From Octopus sinensis (Eukaryota): a stretch of 64,000 bases of DNA. Made by a program: the position numbers and the translations under genes. The notes beneath the pieces were generated by a model that was not told the DNA's origin, did not search any database, and was given only the letters and a program-made list of their open reading frames with translations. Below, piece by piece: positions 60,211-64,000 of this stretch. The stretch covers positions 86,552,001-86,616,000 of the forward strand of contig NC_042997.1 in assembly GCF_006345805.1 (NCBI RefSeq). Reading direction: 5' to 3'. Numbering within the stretch: position 1 is the stretch's first letter; every line of letters begins with the position of its first letter.

Positions 60211-62236
60211 GGCAAGCAGGAATGAAGAAAAACTAACAGCAGCAGTAATTTTCTTCAGCTGAATACACGTCATTGATTGGTTAAAATTACCCAAATACAA
60301 CAACTCTAACATGAAATAACTTCTAAAATACAAAATTTTTTCAAAAACTTTAAGAGTAAACCCTGTTCTATGTGACACATTCTACGAGTATCTGAAGTTT
60401 TAAAGTGTTCAGTTAAAAAAAAATCCATTAAAAAATCTGTCTGTCAAATTGAATAGATGTACCGTATCTTTATTTATTAGTTTATTAATTTTTAGGCATG
60501 AAAGTGCTTATTTTACCAGAGAAATCATTAAAATCTAAAAAAATATAAATACCTATCAACTGCAGAAACCTGTGATATACTGAGGAGTCTGCGATACAAA
60601 TTTACATATATTAGCCAGAAAAATCTGCAATGTACTGAGGGTGTGATAGGTGAGCCGCAATATGGTAAGTGGTTATTGTATGAATGCATGTATGTGTATA
60701 CACACACACACACATATATATAGCCACTACACATTCTTTATTTTCTCTCCGTGTTTCTTTCTGTGTTCCTTTCTGAGGAAGAGTGTGGGCTTGAAATGCT
60801 AAAGACTTTTTCACTTCCCGAGTGTTATACTAATACATCTGTTTGTTGTCTTCACCACCTGTCGTCATCTTTTGTTTTTTTGTGAATTCTCCCTATATAT
60901 ATATGTATACATATATGTATATATGCATACATGTGTATATATCTATGTGTACGCGTCTTTGTGTTTGTCCTCCACTACCGATTGACAACCGCTTAATGGT
61001 TCGGCAAAAGATCGATAGAACAAGTACTAGGCTTAAAAAAATAAGTCCTGGAGTCAATTTGTTCACCTAAAACACTTCAAAGCGGTGCCCCAGCATGGCA
61101 CAGTCAGATGACTAAAACAAGTAAAAGATAAAAGATACAAGATGAAAGAGAAAGTTGTGGTTTTCAAGCCAAGAAAATGACTATCACAGATGTATCCTAC
61201 AAATTCAATCTCTAAATTGAGTAATGGTTACATATGAGATTTTCCAAGCGTGTAGAAGATATAACTTGACAGAGTTGCTGTTGTGTAAACTCTAATGATA
61301 AAAAACTGTTTCTTGGTTGGTCACCTTTATTCCTTAACAGGACAAATTTAAAGAAGGATTATTACATATACACACATCAGTGCTACTGAAACTGACAAAG
61401 ACTAGTTTTCATCTTCCAATATTACAGGATTATTTTGTCATTCTTTTCTTCTTTAACTTGTTTCAGTCAGTACACTGCAGCTGTTCTGGTGGTGGTGGTG
61501 GTGGGGGCATCACCTAAAAGGGTTTTAGTCAAATGAATAGACTCCAATTAGTCATGGAACTTATTCTGTCCGTTTCTTTTGCCTAATTGTTAGGGGACGT
61601 AAACCAATGCTAGTTTTTACTGGCGGGGAGTGTAAACGCAAACACACACACACACACATATATATATACACATACTCAAGTTTTGAAAACTATTTTTTGT
61701 TTGTATCGCAAATACATACATAGATACACACATATATATGTATATTTATACATGGTGGGCTTCTGCATAGTTTCCATTTACAAAATTCTCTTACATGGCA
61801 TTGATCAGTCTGGGACTGTAGTAGATATTTACCCTAGGTATCATGTAGTGGGACTGAACCTGAAACCTCGTGGTTGTGAATCGAACTTCTTTACCATGCA
61901 ACCAAGGCACAAGGAAAGTGGTTTTCGAGGGGAGTGGGTCATTGTCTTCAATGTTTGACTTGTATGTTCTTTTATACATTCTGGAGGGACAGAAAGCAAA
62001 GTTGACCTAACCAAAGCAAATATTACACTTGTTTAAAGAGTTGGAAACCATTTTAATTTTATAAAACCTCGCAATTTGTCAGCCAGTTTTTCAGTTGTCA
62101 CAGCCCATTCACCCATCCATGAGAAACACTGCATTTAACTCACTCTGTTAATGGCATTGAAAGAGAGTGCATCCACTCTTCAAGTTTCTGGAATCTCCTA
62201 AAGAAGGCCTTTGGCTAGTGAAGAATAATTCTATTA

Positions 62237-63015
62237 GACCTAAGCGGCAAAGGTAAAGAATGTGTACACCCAACATTTTCCGTGTCGTTTTTTTGCAAAA
62301 ATTTTTTTGGATTTCTATGTTTTTGATGATACAGGAGAATATGATTTTGCCCAAAAATCACGTTTTCAAAATTTTTGTTTTCCCCCACTTCACCCCACCC
62401 CAATTTCTTAATTTTTGACTTTCTCGAATTGTTTTTTTAAAATTTTTCTTAAAGAAACACTCAAATCCCCTTCTCCAACCTCCACCCATCACCCCTGAAT
62501 GTTTTACTTTTAGCTTTTGTGAAAGCGAGGAAGTTTTTCCAGAAATTATGTCGTTTAGCTGTTGTTTCTACCATGTCGGGATTTCTGGTGGTGGTCTGAT
62601 ATTTTTGTCGTCTGCTATTTCAGTAAAATTCTGCACATGTGTGAAACATCAATCGAAAGTGAAACATTCTGGGTTTTTATTGTTTTGAAAGCGAGGAGGT
62701 GATGCGTGGGGAGGTATTGAGTGTTTCGTAAAGAAACATTAAAAGTAAAAAAAAAAAATTCCCAGATTTATAATCTCTATTTTCTATGTGGATTAAAAAA
62801 AAAAAATTCGGAAAAAGTTAGCAGTTAAGAAATTGGGGTGGCAAAACTAAAATTTTGAAATTGTGGTTTTTGGGCAAAACCGTATTCTCCTATATAGAAA
62901 ACATAGCAACCCAACAAAAATTTTTTGAAAAAAGAAAAAAAAAAGAACAAAAGAAACAAAAAGTACTGAAGATGTTGGGTGTATACATTCTTTACTTTCG
63001 CCCACCTTAAGCAGC
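62237..63015. mobile_element. Long-TIR foldback element (TTAA|GG end, Kolobok-like?)
   Basis: GGTAAAGAATGTGTACACCCAACAT / ATGTTGGGTGTATACATTCTTTTAC inverted ends plus nested inverted repeats; core 62450-62710 is homologous to 55380-55670. Confidence 0.55.
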
Positions 63016-64000
63016 AGTTAAGTGCGGTTCGATTACTAGCGTTGCGTGCAAAAGAACCAAATGTCTCCTTGCTCGACCGGCTAGAAGTAGTAGCGATTTC
63101 CCCTTTAAACTAGATATTACGAAATTAGAAAAGGAAGGACACATTAGATAATCGAGTCATGGATACATCGTCTGCAAGTAAGGTGAGATGGTCATCACTG
63201 GGACGTTTTAAGCATAGATTTATTCAACCAGAGCTGACCTGGGGCTAAAAACAATAACAACGAGGTTTATTATTGCTGATACAAACATATGTGTTATGTG
63301 TTATACACATGTGCATACACGCTCGCCTATACCTACTATATCCGTGCATGGCGGAGTGGTTACGAAGTTCACTTCGTAATTAAGAAGCCCCACCACCCCG
63401 AGTTTGAACTTACTGCGTGGAACCTTAGGTAAGTATCTTTTTACCATATATTCGAGTTGATCAAGTCCCTTCTGAGTGAAATTGTTGATAAAACCTTCAG
63501 AAAGACTATCTAAAGTTCGAAAAACCAGCCTCGGCACACACTGCATCTCACTGATTTTGTATGGTAATTACGTTAGGAGTACACATGTCTGTGGAATACT
63601 TAGCCACTTAAACTATAATTCAGTAAGTATGTAGTTCAGTTAATCAAACATATGGAACTTTTATCATCGTAACCGACTGAGATCCAATAACTTGACTTCG
63701 TACTTATGTAAAACACTTGCAAACTCATACACATGTACGTATGTATGAATATATGTAAACAGAGACACACATAAACAAACATGTGACTATATATATATAT
63801 ACACCCCTAAACGTTTACACAAACGTACGCATACGAAAATATATAAAACGGAAAAAAAAAAAAAGATTGTGTCAACAAAAGAACTTTGTTTGTTTTCCAG
63901 GAAAAGTAAACTCTCGTCATAGATTAAATGAGAAGGAACAATTAAAGTCATAAAGGGGTTAGACGAGAAAAAGATAAGAGAAACGTGACAGTTATACTTA

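Overview
AT-rich (non-prokaryotic) animal genomic DNA. The repeat families (RTE-type LINE with (ATG)n tail, two abundant tRNA-derived SINEs, heavy TA/CA microsatellites) look cephalopod, probably Octopus; this is inferred, not proven. The ORF track misses the main feature: a complete 10-exon gene on the minus strand (CDS 35075->4282, 735 nt, 244 aa) encoding a TK2-type deoxynucleoside kinase. It has an Arg-rich mitochondrial presequence, P-loop EGNIGAGKS, ERS and lid motifs, and canonical GT-AG introns whose phases all join in frame. Everything else I can identify is transposon-derived: a young 5'-truncated RTE LINE (945-aa open ORF with a PHD-like finger) in intron 1, a decayed CsRn1-clade Gypsy element with both LTRs, PBS, PPT and TSD nested three layers deep, a complete 820-bp non-autonomous Helitron carrying STPR-type 23-aa repeats inside a long-TIR element, Tc1/mariner, Merlin-like, piggyBac-like, Penelope and CR1 remnants, and a near-perfect 91-bp-arm hairpin downstream of TK2. 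No CRISPR, rRNA or bona fide tRNA gene was found, and no second host gene could be established. I found no clearly new biological system; the best leads are listed as findings. All coordinates were read by hand, and repeat boundaries are approximate unless TSDs are given.
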